Positions 53,042 to 64,000 of a stretch of DNA of 64,000 nt are shown here, one piece after another. Within the stretch, counting starts at the first letter, position 1. Every line of letters begins with the position of its first letter. The notes beneath the pieces are model-generated. The model worked only from the letters and a program-made list of their open reading frames with translations, was not told the DNA's origin and searched no databases. The position numbers and the translations under genes were made by a program. The stretch is from Octopus sinensis (Eukaryota): assembly GCF_006345805.1 (NCBI RefSeq), contig NC_043002.1, positions 40,672,001-40,736,000 of the forward strand, read 5' to 3'.

Positions 53042-53987
53042 ATGTGTGTGTGTGTGTTTGTATTATATATATAAACACATGCACTCAAAACACACATAAC
53101 TAAATACGAGTATATATAAAATATTTAATAATTATGATATAACACACAGACACATATATGAATGTGTATTTATTAAACTTATTATTATATTTCGGAATGG
53201 TCATTTTGCCAGTTTAGCCAATAAAAACACACGCACTATATATTTGGTGTTATTTTGCTTCAGTGTTATTTATTTTTTACATTAATCTTAATCTTATTTA
53301 TTAAACATTTACAAGGAAAATGATAATAGTGACTTCAAAGTTTCGACTTGCTGTCTGATGAAGGAGAGCAAACAGAAAATGAAGTCACCAGCAATCTTTT
53401 CTTTATAAAAGTTTAATATGCACTCTACTAAAAAGTATTGAGTAATCTTTCTGTTTAATGATAATTTTCTTTTACTTATTACTTGATGTAAAAACAAACA
53501 ATATGTGTGTGTAGGGGACGTCTACACGCTTACACATAATATGCATTTAAATATATACATTTATACTTGTGACTATATATCTTAATACGTAAATACACAC
53601 ACACACATATATATAGACGACGGGCTTCTTTCAGGTCCAGGGCTATATTAGAAAGCACTTATCGAAGATGTCACTCAGGGGGATTGAACCCGAAAGCATG
53701 TAGCTTGGAAGCAAAACTTACCATCTATCTATCTATCTTTTGGCAAATTTTCGAAAAGAAAAGCTCTACATTTGTATTTGTCCCCTCTATGTTTAGCCCT
53801 ATCTATCTATCTGTCTTCCGATCTATCTGTCTACCTATCTATCTATCTTTCGATCTATCTGTCTATCTATCTGTCTATCTATCTATCTTTCGATCTATCT
53901 GTCTATATTTCGATCTATCTGTCTATCTATCTATCTATCAGTCTGTTTATCTATCTATCTATCAGTCTGTCTATCTATCTGTGTGTA

Positions 53988-54067
<80 letters not shown>

Positions 54068-55367
54068 TAGGAGAGAAGGAAGATAATGTAAACATAGATA
54101 TATACATAAATGTAGAAAGACAAACAAATAGATCAACAGATGAATAGACAGAAGGATAGATAAAACGGAAGGTAAATAAGATTTAAAGTAGGAAATAATT
54201 AAGGAATTTCTGGATGTCCTTATCCTCTTAATATATTTTCCCAAACCTATGACATCAGACAATGTGTTAAATGTGTTTTTAAACAATGTGGGAAAATGTT
54301 GTGTTTTGAAATGTTATGGTTACTTATCAATTTTTAAAAAAATATTTTATTACTCTATTTTGTTTCTCAAGAACTAGGTGTGGTCGATGTGAAGAGCTGA
54401 CAACGATGTCCACTTGCTGTAATATATAAATATATAAACAAGTGTCTTGTATAATTTTATGTTTTGTCATATGATCATGATGATGAAATAACTATCATTA
54501 GCTAATTTATCAAATTAACTGTCCGATTGTCTTGTCTTAAGTCGGTGAAAGAGTGAAAGAAAGAAAAATGATTAGTAGCAAAAATAGATCGACTTAAAAC
54601 TCAAGTAAAACAAAACAAAAAACGAGTTGAAGTTTCGCGGTTTATAGGAAACAACAAGTGTTATTAAAGATGACATTTAAATTTACTTTCCTTATTTATG
54701 AAGATTGTGTCAGTGCGTAAGGGGAATACGAGTGTTATAGATTGGTAAGTGTTAAACAGCAACTATTATGTAAAAAGTTATTTTTTACAACAAACTTAAT
54801 TGACACAGTTCTTCGAAGCTATATATACTTATTTACTCCTATGCACACACGTACGAGTGTTTGTTTGGTACTACAAACAGATAAACAGAACTCAAAACAC
54901 GGGTATTTTAATCAGCAAGAAGCCACTTTGAAACTTCTGTCGATTTTACATATATATATATACAACGAAGAAGAACTAAGTATATATAAAGATTTCTTCG
55001 ATAGACAGTAACCTGTATTTTTTTCTGTGTATTTTGTAACATGTTGATATAGTAGAATGAACATTTTGAGGTTAGTAGGAATTAAGCTCGAGACAGTCGA
55101 CAACTGAAACCTAATACTTTACTCAGAACATTAATAATAATGATGATATTTAGATATCTGGTGACTAACATTTTAGCTATGTATATGTTCCTCTCCACCT
55201 ATTCTTCTGTCTATCCATTTGAATGCATCGTATATTTGTGCGCGTGTCTGTATACGTACACATATATAATACTTTACTGGCAAAGTATACAGTACACACA
55301 CACAGATAGATAGATAGATAGATAGATAGATGATAGATAGATGACAGATAGACAGACAGACAGATAG

Positions 55368-55405
<38 letters not shown>

Positions 55406-56205
55406 TTGGAGAGAGAGAGAGACAGACATAGATCAATTTCGAGTAAGTTGGTAGTATCTTAAAATAGAAGGAAAGTGAGAGAAATACCCCTTGTGCATAT
55501 ACACACACACACACAGATATGAATATGTTTGTTATTTGGTTCTTCCTTTTTTTTTTGGGGTTCCAAAAGAAAAAATATAACAAATACCTTGCCCCCCCCC
55601 ACCCCCCACCGACCATTCCAACAACAACAACAAAATGACATCAAAAACAAAAAAAAGTGATGTTGATGGTGGTGGTGGTGGTGGCGGCGGAAGAGAGAAC
55701 AAACATGAGAGAAAATATGTAGATAAATTTGTATATATTGATATATATGTATATATATATATATTTTTTTTTACCTGCAAGAAACGGAAAGCTCCACAAG
55801 TGTAGCTGGTATCATACTACTACCAGGCAAGAACATGTCAGTAGCCATTTTGTGTACTATAATGAACCAAAACACACATACGTACACGCTAATATACTAC
55901 AAGCACGCCTACACCCCTTTACGCTGGCATCAACAACGATACGGCGGGCATATACATACGCACGCACTTACACATGCGAAACTATTGGTCGAAGACACGT
56001 GTGCGTATGTGTATGTGTATGATGTAAGCGCGCGCGTGTGTGTATGGTGTAATATGTGCCTCAGTGTGTGTGTGTGTGTGTATGGTGTAATATGTGCCTC
56101 AGTGTGTGTGTAAGCGCACATATTTGTGATCGTGAGATAGTCAGTCAGTCAGGCAGGCAGGCAGGCGAGGCAGGCGGATAAAAGTAACGTTAAATCCTTA
56201 TAAAC

Positions 56206-56245
56206 TATATAAAAGTGACGTTAAAACATTATACATCCACTTCTA
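56206..56245 (+). promoter_or_regulatory. candidate TATA-Inr core promoter
   Basis: TATAAAAG at 56208-56215 and CCACTT with its A at 56239 (31 nt downstream), in CpG-retaining unique sequence. Confidence 0.3.
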
Positions 56246-57106
56246 TCGACACACCTAGTTTTCTAAGTCAGGAAGAATTGGAAAACGAGCAACACCTATC
56301 GTCGTCGCCGTCGCCTTGATCGTCTGCTTAACCACCACCATCACCATCACCACGAGATAACAAGGCACTCTCTACATGGTTGATCGACCTGCTAGAGATA
56401 GCAGCCAAATTTCCCTTGAATCATGCCACCCTTTAAAAGCGTTTCATTCTACGTTGGATTATACAGTGTTACTTATAATGACTGGAAAAAGAAAAGAAAA
56501 AGATGGTCATGGCTGGAATGCTTTTGGTTATAGTTAAGTCTGCTCAACTTCGAGCCAACCTAGGGCTCCGTAACATTACAGCCACAGCCTATCTTTTATA
56601 ATAGGGAGCTTCTCATGAAGCAAATTAAATGAAATCTGATCTGCTGAAAGGAGGGATAGTGGGAGGCGAATTCGCTACCTTCCTTAAGCAACACTGCCAC
56701 CACCACCATTGAAAACAACAGCGATTTCTTACATAGGCACAAGACCAGGAATTTGAGGAGAAAGTGCAGTCGGTTATATCGACTTCAGTACTAATTCTAT
56801 CAACTCCGTAAAGATGAAAAGTAAAGTTGACCTCGTCGAGATTTGAACTCAGAATATAAAGGGCGGTAACTAAATGCCGCAAGGTTTTGTCTGACGCTCT
56901 AACGGTTCTGCCAAATCATTTCATTTATTTGTTACCGGGACCCATTCATACATAACAATAGGTTTTATTACAAAGGAAATGCAAATATACGTGGAAATGT
57001 ACAACAAAGTTATCTAAAACCAGGAGATTATAAGAGTCGTTACGCAATATACTACGCGGTGTTAAAAATGTTAAAGTCACACAAAATAATTCAATAATTA
57101 TATAAA

Positions 57107-57517
57107 GCACTGGAGTGGCTGTGTGGTAAGTAGGCACTGGAGTGGCTGTGTGGTAAGTAAGCGCAGGAGTGGCTGAGTGGTTAGTAGCTTGCTTCCCAAC
57201 CACATGGTTCCGGGTTCAGTCCCACTGCGTGGCACCTTGGGCAAGTGTCTTCTACTATAGCCTCGGGCCGACCAAAGACGGAAACTGAAAGAAACCCGTC
57301 GTATATATATATATACTCCAGTGCTTTATATATGTGTGTGTCTGTGTTTGTCCCCCCAACATCGATTGACAACCGATGCTGGTGTGTTTACGTCCCCGTA
57401 ACTTAGCGGTTCGGCAAAAGAGACCGAAAGAATAAGTACTAGGCTTACAAAGAATAACGGCAGTGCTCCAGCATGGCCGCAGTCAAATGACTGAAACAAG
57501 TAAAAGAGTAAAGAGAG
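57107..57517 (+). mobile_element. rearranged SINE family B (triplicated head, internal deletions)
   Basis: Three 27-bp head units at 57107, 57134 and 57161. Confidence 0.85.
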
Positions 57518-59179
57518 CACTGATATAGTTTTTAAAAAAACCAATAAAACAGAGCGACCTTCCCATTCATCAGTGAGAAGTCGCTACCTTTATTACATCA
57601 GACAGTTCACAACTCTATTCATCTTCTGTTCTAATACACATTATAATACTTGAAATGATTCGTCCTCAATATGCTCACATACAAGTTTGGATTTCAGAAT
57701 GGCCAAGGAGTCCACATCTTCCTCATGTCTATTGTACAGTTGTTAAGATAGAGTGCTGATATAATTCTCCCTGGCCAGTCATCCCTTTCAATGTTCCTTC
57801 TAGTCTCATCTCTTCACAAACCAGCACTTTCTCACTTCTGTTCTTGTTCAGTAGATTATTCAGCAAGTCCATCGGGCCCTTGCTAAATTCTCTCACATCA
57901 TGGCTTTGGAAAAGGAGGTGGATTTCTTAACCTTGGTTTCTTCTGCAGAGATATGAACCTTCCTTCATTTGTTCTATTCCTTCTGTTTGGCCAGCTTTAC
58001 TTTTGGGGATTTCCTCCTTTTGTTTCCAATGTTTCTCAAATTTTCCCTTTCATTCTGCAACACAATGGGATGCAATTACTGGTAGTAGGCAGAGGCATCT
58101 TAAAAGTATTATAAGCCCTGAGCAAAGCAATGCACTGGTGGGGGTGTCTATAGTATTTATTGACAGTAAGCTACAGCATAAATAGATTAGCATTATACTT
58201 TCTTGACCTGTAGGAGACCCCAGGCAACTGCTTTGTGTGTCCATACTTAAAACCAGTACTGATTATGAAATGTGGAGCTAGGCTTGTTGGCCCTTAGCTT
58301 CCTGATCACTGTTTTGAAAGTTGGCTTTTTGTATGTCTACTACTGGATTTGGAGACAGAGGAATCTTTTTCACTGTTTCCAGAGCCATGATCTGAGAACA
58401 GCAGCTTCTGTAGTCTGTTGGTACTGTCTCTGCTGTTCCCTGGTCAATCTTTCAGACTCCTCAAAGCAGAAAGCCATCCAGGGGTTTTACTTCCACATGC
58501 ATAGTTGTCTTCCCTGTTTTTTTATTAGCTTCATGACTTTTCTTTCTGTACCCAGTTTAGGACAAGGTTCTATGGTCTTTGGAAGTCATATACTGTTCTT
58601 GATTACCCTTGCATGTACAACCTATTCATAATGCTTCACAAAAGTGACAATAAGTTAAGAATCAACATCATCAGTATCCTTTACTGTGACCTTTGTGCCA
58701 AGCCACTGGGCAGGTTTTGTAACACCAGGTGGAAACTTGTTTTTGGATTCATTCCCAGTTTTGATTACAATGCTTATGGTTTTGTGTGAATTTTTTTCTC
58801 CCAGCTGATGGAGAAGATACTCTTTCAAAAATCTGCAAGAGCTGCCAACCACTGCTCCTTTGTAGTTATAAGAAGAGCATCTGTGACTTTTGAAATACAG
58901 AGATGAATTATTTTCTTTCTTTTCTCACTGTTTGATAAGAGAGTGCAATATGGATGCACCTTCCTTTGTCACTTAGTTTTGCCTGGCAGACTTTTCCACA
59001 TGCTGAGCCCATTTCTTTCAACCTATTTCTGTGTGAAATTGGCCACCCTACTTGTCATCCCAGTTCTTCATTTGGAGATCTAAACTAAACAACCATAAGC
59101 AATTTAACCTATCTATCCAGCACCCAATGATGGTGTTAGATAGCATGGACCTGTCTCTCCAGTAGCTAATTATAGGGCC

Positions 59180-60450
59180 AGTGACTTATCTTGATAGATT
59201 TTTTATTCCTGAATGATGGTTTTTCATTCTCTTGTGTCTTAGAGCACGTGTCTTAGTTCTGATATAGCAGCCTTTATGCTTTGCCTTGAAGAATTGGTGA
59301 AGGGTCAGTCTTGCCATGAGTACATGAGTTGTGATATCTTTCCTAAGCACCTCTTCTAAGTTTCTAACTAGGCTTCTTTCTAACCTAGTTTTCCCTGTTA
59401 CCATTTCCTTACTATATCTTATTAATTTTACTCTAATCACTCTTTACAAGGCATACCACCTTTTGTTGTAGATGATTTTCTCTGTCAACACCCACCCAAC
59501 AAATTCTCTAATCCAGACTTGTTTTAGTCATTAGACAGTGGCCATGCTGGAGCACTGCCTTGAGTAATTTTTAGTCAAATGATCTGACCCCCAGTATTTA
59601 ATTTTTTTAAAGCCTGGTACATATTCTATTGGTTTCTTTTGCCAAACTGCTAAGTTACAGGAAGTCAATGCACCAACACTCGTTGTCAAGTGGTGGTGGT
59701 GGTGGGGACAAACACAGACACAAAGACACACACACAGACACACACACGCACACACATACATACACACACACATACACACATGACAGGCTTCTTTCAGCTT
59801 CCAGCTACCAAATCCACTCACAAGGCTTTGGTCAGCTTGAGGCTATAGTAGAAGACACTTGCCCAAAGTACCATGTAGTGGAACTGAACCCAGAACCATG
59901 GCACACTGGGAATGACACATTCAGCTTCTAGTAACTGGATTCCTTCCAATGGAGCCGGACTAGTTTGACTGTACGGATCACAAATTTATGTTCTGTATGC
60001 AGATGATTTTGAATTGTGCACAGCCTATGATATCCCTATATATTTGTCTGCAGAGTACTAGATCTAGATATAAACTGGATGATCTGATGCTGTTAGTCCA
60101 TGTCCATATCAGCAGATTTGTAAAAATTCACTCAGGGCATGTCAAACATCTGAGTGTATTTTCTATCTGCTATCCCCACACAGTCCATGCATACATCGAA
60201 GATAATGTTCCATTCTCACACTAGCATGAAATATCAGGATGTTCCAAAGAAACACTCCAGAGACCTAACAAAATCTGGCTGGTTGTCCAGCTGCTGTTGT
60301 GCCTTAGACAGCTACAAGTGTGAAAGTATGGAAATCTCTGCTGGGCATGTCCAGTACCATTATTTGCCCTATAGGCCTATGAAGACATAAGATCCAGACT
60401 GTCCATTTGAAAGGGTGTAATTCCAATGAACTTAAATAAATTTTCTCCTA
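59180..60450 (-). mobile_element. degenerate L1/Tx1-like LINE ORF2 (endonuclease and linker), split by a SINE
   Basis: EWNIIFDVCMDCVG (GDWN-like), SLYLDLVLCR, TEHKFV, SY*KLNVS (GYWKLN-like), KRWYAL, and a helical linker corresponding to ORF 59186..59440. Confidence 0.6.
59516..59900 (-). mobile_element. SINE family B inserted into the L1-like LINE
   Basis: Family B body flanked by colinear LINE sequence on both sides. Confidence 0.8.
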
Positions 60451-60664
60451 GGGTTTTGGCCTGGACAATTTCATTCGTTTTTTTTTTTTTTTTAGTTACA
60501 ACAGCTGTTAGGCCAGCAGACTGGATATGACACTTCCAGACTTTCAGTAGTAAAGAACCTACACCATGCTCTTCCTCTCAGCCTTTTCTGATGATTGTCA
60601 GTGTTACCTCAGCTTCTGGTATGAAACTAACTGGTGAAATGGCTGATATGGGAATTTAATATTA

Positions 60665-60719
<55 letters not shown>

Positions 60720-60721
<2 letters not shown>

Positions 60722-60925
60722 GGTGGTGAGCTGGCAGAATTGTTAGCACACCAGACAAAATGCTTAGCGCCATTTTGTCCGTCTTTTCATTTTGAGTTCA
60801 AATTCCATCAACATTGAGTTTGCCTTTCATCCTTTTGGGGTTGATGAAATAAGTACCAGTTACACACTGGAGTTGATGTAGTCAACTATCTGTCTCCCCC
60901 AAATTTCAGGCCTTGTACCTATAGT
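60720..60925 (+). mobile_element. SINE family A preceded by (TTA)n
   Basis: AAGGTGGTGAGCTGGCAGAATTGTTAGC...GAGTTCAAATTCC. Confidence 0.88.
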
Positions 60926-60932
60926 AGTAAGG

Positions 60933-60991
<59 letters not shown>

Positions 60992-61019
60992 CATCATCAT
61001 CATCATTATCATTATCATT

Positions 61020-61230
61020 AAGGCAGTGAGCTGGCAGAATCGTTAGCATGCCAGGCAAAATGTTTAGCAGCATTTTGTCTGTCTTCATGTTCTGAGTTCA
61101 AATTCCACCGAGGTCGACTTTGCTTTTCATCGTTTCGGGGTTGATGAATAAATATCAGTGAAACACTGAGATTGATGTAATCGACTTAACCCCTCCCCAC
61201 AAATTTCAGGCCTTGTGCCTTTAGTAGAAA
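61020..61230 (+). mobile_element. SINE family A preceded by (TTA/TCA)n
   Basis: Same head and body as the copy at 60720. Confidence 0.88.
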
Positions 61231-61579
61231 TGCTTATCATTATGAATATTATATAATACAATACACAGATAAATAAATGGAATTAAATAACTATATACAT
61301 TAACAAAATAAATTAAATTAAATTAAATACAAAAAAAAGAAAGAATAGAAAAAATAAGTAGGTATAAACACATGAACAAAATAAATAAAAACAACTTAAA
61401 TGAACACGTATAAACAGGGGATACTGATAATACAGGCACATTCCCCCTCAACACACACACACACACACACACAGGGGTATACGCATGTGCAAATAAAGAC
61501 ACATACAATAGCAATACAAAATACAAAATGGCTGATCATTAGTAAGGAAAGACACACAAAAGAGAAAGAAGAAAGCAAG

Positions 61580-61623
61580 GACCACTGATGAGGTCACAGA
61601 AGTGTGATGAAAGAACTCTAGCT
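61580..61623 (+). ncRNA. degenerate minimal hammerhead-like motif
   Basis: GACCA CTGATGA G-GTCAC-AGAAGT-GTGAT GAAA GAAC TC/TAGCT; intact core, 5-bp stem II, imperfect stem I. Confidence 0.4.
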
Positions 61624-61786
61624 GAACTACGATTAATATAAGATAAAGCTGAAGCAAGTGAACACCAAAAATATAGTGTGTGTGTGTTTTTATTGGCTAA
61701 ACTGGCAACACGACCATCCCCAAATACAACAATATCTGTTTCAACACACGAATTCACATCAAGAATCTTGCACAACGCATATATAA

Positions 61787-61840
<54 letters not shown>

Positions 61841-61841
<1 letters not shown>

Positions 61842-61975
61842 TATGTTTGACTTTTGCTTTATGTTTGTACAAGTTGGCTCCAAGTCTCACCCAGAGACCT
61901 CAAGAGACAACATGTTGGAAGTTCACATTGTTGTTAAGCCTAGTGTGCCATATATTTGGGGGGGGGGTTGATTTT
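61841..61975 (-). mobile_element. short insert embedded in (TTA)n, possibly the 3' end of a TAA-targeting R4/Dong-like LINE
   Basis: About 135 bp of unique sequence flanked on both sides by (TTA)n; the family assignment is recollection only. Confidence 0.3.
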
Positions 61976-61982
61976 TGGTTTT

Positions 61983-62024
<42 letters not shown>

Positions 62025-62049
62025 TATTATTATTATTATTATTATTACT

Positions 62050-62262
62050 AAAGGCATTGAGCTGGCAGAACCATTACTGGACAAAACTCTCACTGGCATT
62101 TCATCTCTCTTTATGTTCCGAGCTTAAATTCTGCCAATGTCAACTTTGCGTTTCATCTTTTCAGGGTCAATAAAATAAGTACCAGTCTAGCGCTGGAGTA
62201 GATGTAATCAACTTCCTGCTTCCATCAAAAACTGCTGGCCCTGTGCTAAAATTTGAAACCAT
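62050..62262 (+). mobile_element. SINE family A preceded by (TTA)n
   Basis: Family A head directly after a long ATT run. Confidence 0.82.
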
Positions 62263-62288
62263 TAATAATGATAATGATGATGATGATG

Positions 62289-62331
<43 letters not shown>

Positions 62332-62337
62332 TAATAA

Positions 62338-62893
62338 ATGCCCTGATGCAGTACCAGGCAGTGGCTCTCATGGCTTCTGATCTTAACTGATTAGAAGTGT
62401 TATCATGTGCATTGTTTTGTCTTGGTATAAAAGATGGGCTACAGCAAATATTCTGCTCAATACCACAGATTTGCTTGTCAGTTGTTTGACCGTAACCAGT
62501 TGAGCATGTCCCTTAGTGGCTGACGATATGTGCATCTCTGATCACGAGCAGAAGTAGTGGAGGAGCATCGTAGCTGTGTGTTGAAAGGAATTCTTAGAGG
62601 TTTGGGTAATTCACCTTTGGAAAGATGGGTGTTTCATTCAACATCTTTAAACAATCCTTATTTAGGGACCTTTTGAGCGGGATAGGCTACTTGACCAGAA
62701 GAAAATTCTAACTGAGCACCACCTGCAAGATCATGCGCTGTTTATCTTGATATGAGATCACCATGTCGCGCATATATGGCTGTGATGCATGTGCCTGGTG
62801 CACCCTTATCAGACGGGTAGTCATGATGGGTATACTGGGCTTCGTATATTTTACCCCAGTGCCACTTTGATGGCATGCACTGCTCTCTCACTC
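62338..62893. mobile_element. 556-bp unclassified interspersed element in an (AAT)n microsatellite
   Basis: Flanked by AATAATGATAATAA on both sides (62324-62337, 62894-62907); an inverted diverged partial copy lies at 63235-63400. Confidence 0.7.
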
Positions 62894-63234
62894 AATAATG
62901 ATAATAATAATATCTATGAAGTTAGGTTGAAAAGTTCATAGGCTGACTATGAGGGACTGATGCTACAGCTGTGAAATTTTGCATGCATATATACATTAAT
63001 TTCAACTCTTCTTATTAATAACTGCATCATTTTGTTCAAGGTAAACTGACATCTGACTTACTTCAAAAGTAATCGACTTATTCCAAAACTTTAGGTCTTG
63101 TGTCTATTGTAGAAAAATTACACCAGGTAACATGATTTCTGTCCTTGGATAACAGCTGTTATTTTGTATTTGCACATCCCTAGAAAGTATGAAAAATGGT
63201 TAATATTTCCTTCAAACTTTGCTTTTGTTACATT

Positions 63235-63400
63235 CTTTCAAACCCCAAAGATTCCCTCTCAGTACATGATGCTCCACCACTACTCCTGCTCATCATCAGA
63301 GATGCACATATTGTCAGCTACAAAGAACACACTCAAGTGGTTATGGTGATGTAACTGACAAGCAAATCTATGGTACTGAACAGGATATTTGGTATAACAA
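63235..63400. repeat. inverted, diverged partial copy of the 62338-62893 element
   Basis: GATGCTCCACCACTACTCCTGCTC..GATCAGAGATGCACATAT.GTCAGC...AACTGACAAGCAAATCT.TGGTA.TGA aligns with the reverse complement of ~62445-62640. Confidence 0.8.
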
Positions 63401-63837
63401 AAGATCTAGAAAATTCTGTTTCAGCAACTCAGAGCTGGATCTGTCTGAAGTGTAATGGAAAATTGGTTAGTTTCAAAACATTGGTGTCCAGATTACGAAA
63501 CCAAAGTTTGAAGGGAATAGCTGTTATTTCCTTTGATTTCTAGATAGAAGCAAATAGGAAATAATACTTACTGACCAAAGCCAAAAAAAACAAAAAAAAA
63601 CATCAAACATTAAAATTGTGTTACAGTGTTATTAAATGATACAAATGTAATAAAAAAAAACCAAAAAAACCCTGCAAACTGCTTCATTTGCAAACTGAAA
63701 TAAGATATTTATCTGAAAATAATATAAAGCTTATAAAAGTTAGTGGGACTTTTTGATCAATTGTGGAGATCCTTCTTGATTTGAATCCATTATGAGGAAA
63801 TGAACTGCAGCTGAATAAAAATTTCCAATTTTATTTA

Positions 63838-64000
63838 GTTGTTTACTCTTTTACTTGTTTCAGTCATTTGACTGTGGCCTTGCTGGAGCACTGCCTTTAG
63901 TTGAACAAATCGACCCCAGGACTTATTCTTTGTAAGCCTAGTATTTATTCTATTGGTCTCTTTTGCTGAACCACTAAGTTACAGGGACGTAAACACACCA
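63838..64000 (-). mobile_element. SINE family B tail, runs off the window
   Basis: TTTACTCTTTTACTTGTTTCAGTCATTTGACTG...GACGTAAACACACCA. Confidence 0.85.

Noticed and set aside
57660-59180. Continuation of the L1-like LINE into its RT domain
   Set aside because: Only faint motifs (SKTP.LDGF, YRP.S.LLC) across several frameshifts; too weak to call.
1-64000. CRISPR arrays, rRNA, prokaryotic operons
   Set aside because: No regularly spaced repeat-spacer array or rRNA sequence; the window is eukaryotic repeat-rich DNA.

Overview
AT-rich, microsatellite-dense eukaryotic DNA. The tRNA-derived SINE families and RTE LINEs resemble those of an octopod cephalopod (inference from recognition, not a search). 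I found no intact host gene: the long ORF-track entries are either microsatellite artefacts or broken transposon ORFs. The window is mostly a mobile-element graveyard. It holds a young 5'-truncated RTE LINE (5441-8165) with a C4HC3 PHD-type finger inside its reverse transcriptase region, plus further RTE 3' copies. There are Tc1 (DD34E) and mariner remnants, a degenerate hAT transposase, hAT- and TTAA-type MITEs, two Penelope-like GIY-YIG remnants, L1/Tx1, CR1-like and Helitron fragments, and many SINEs. The most notable feature is a 76-bp-arm palindrome at 17736-17897 in which each arm carries a minimal type I hammerhead-ribozyme-like motif, one per strand, with a U4C core variant. Two more degenerate hammerhead-like motifs lie at 61580 and 36323. 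A CpG-retaining promoter-like segment (RFX/CRE motifs, ~25860-26235) and three minus-strand exon-like segments hint at a spliced host transcript I could not identify. All alignments and translations were done by eye.
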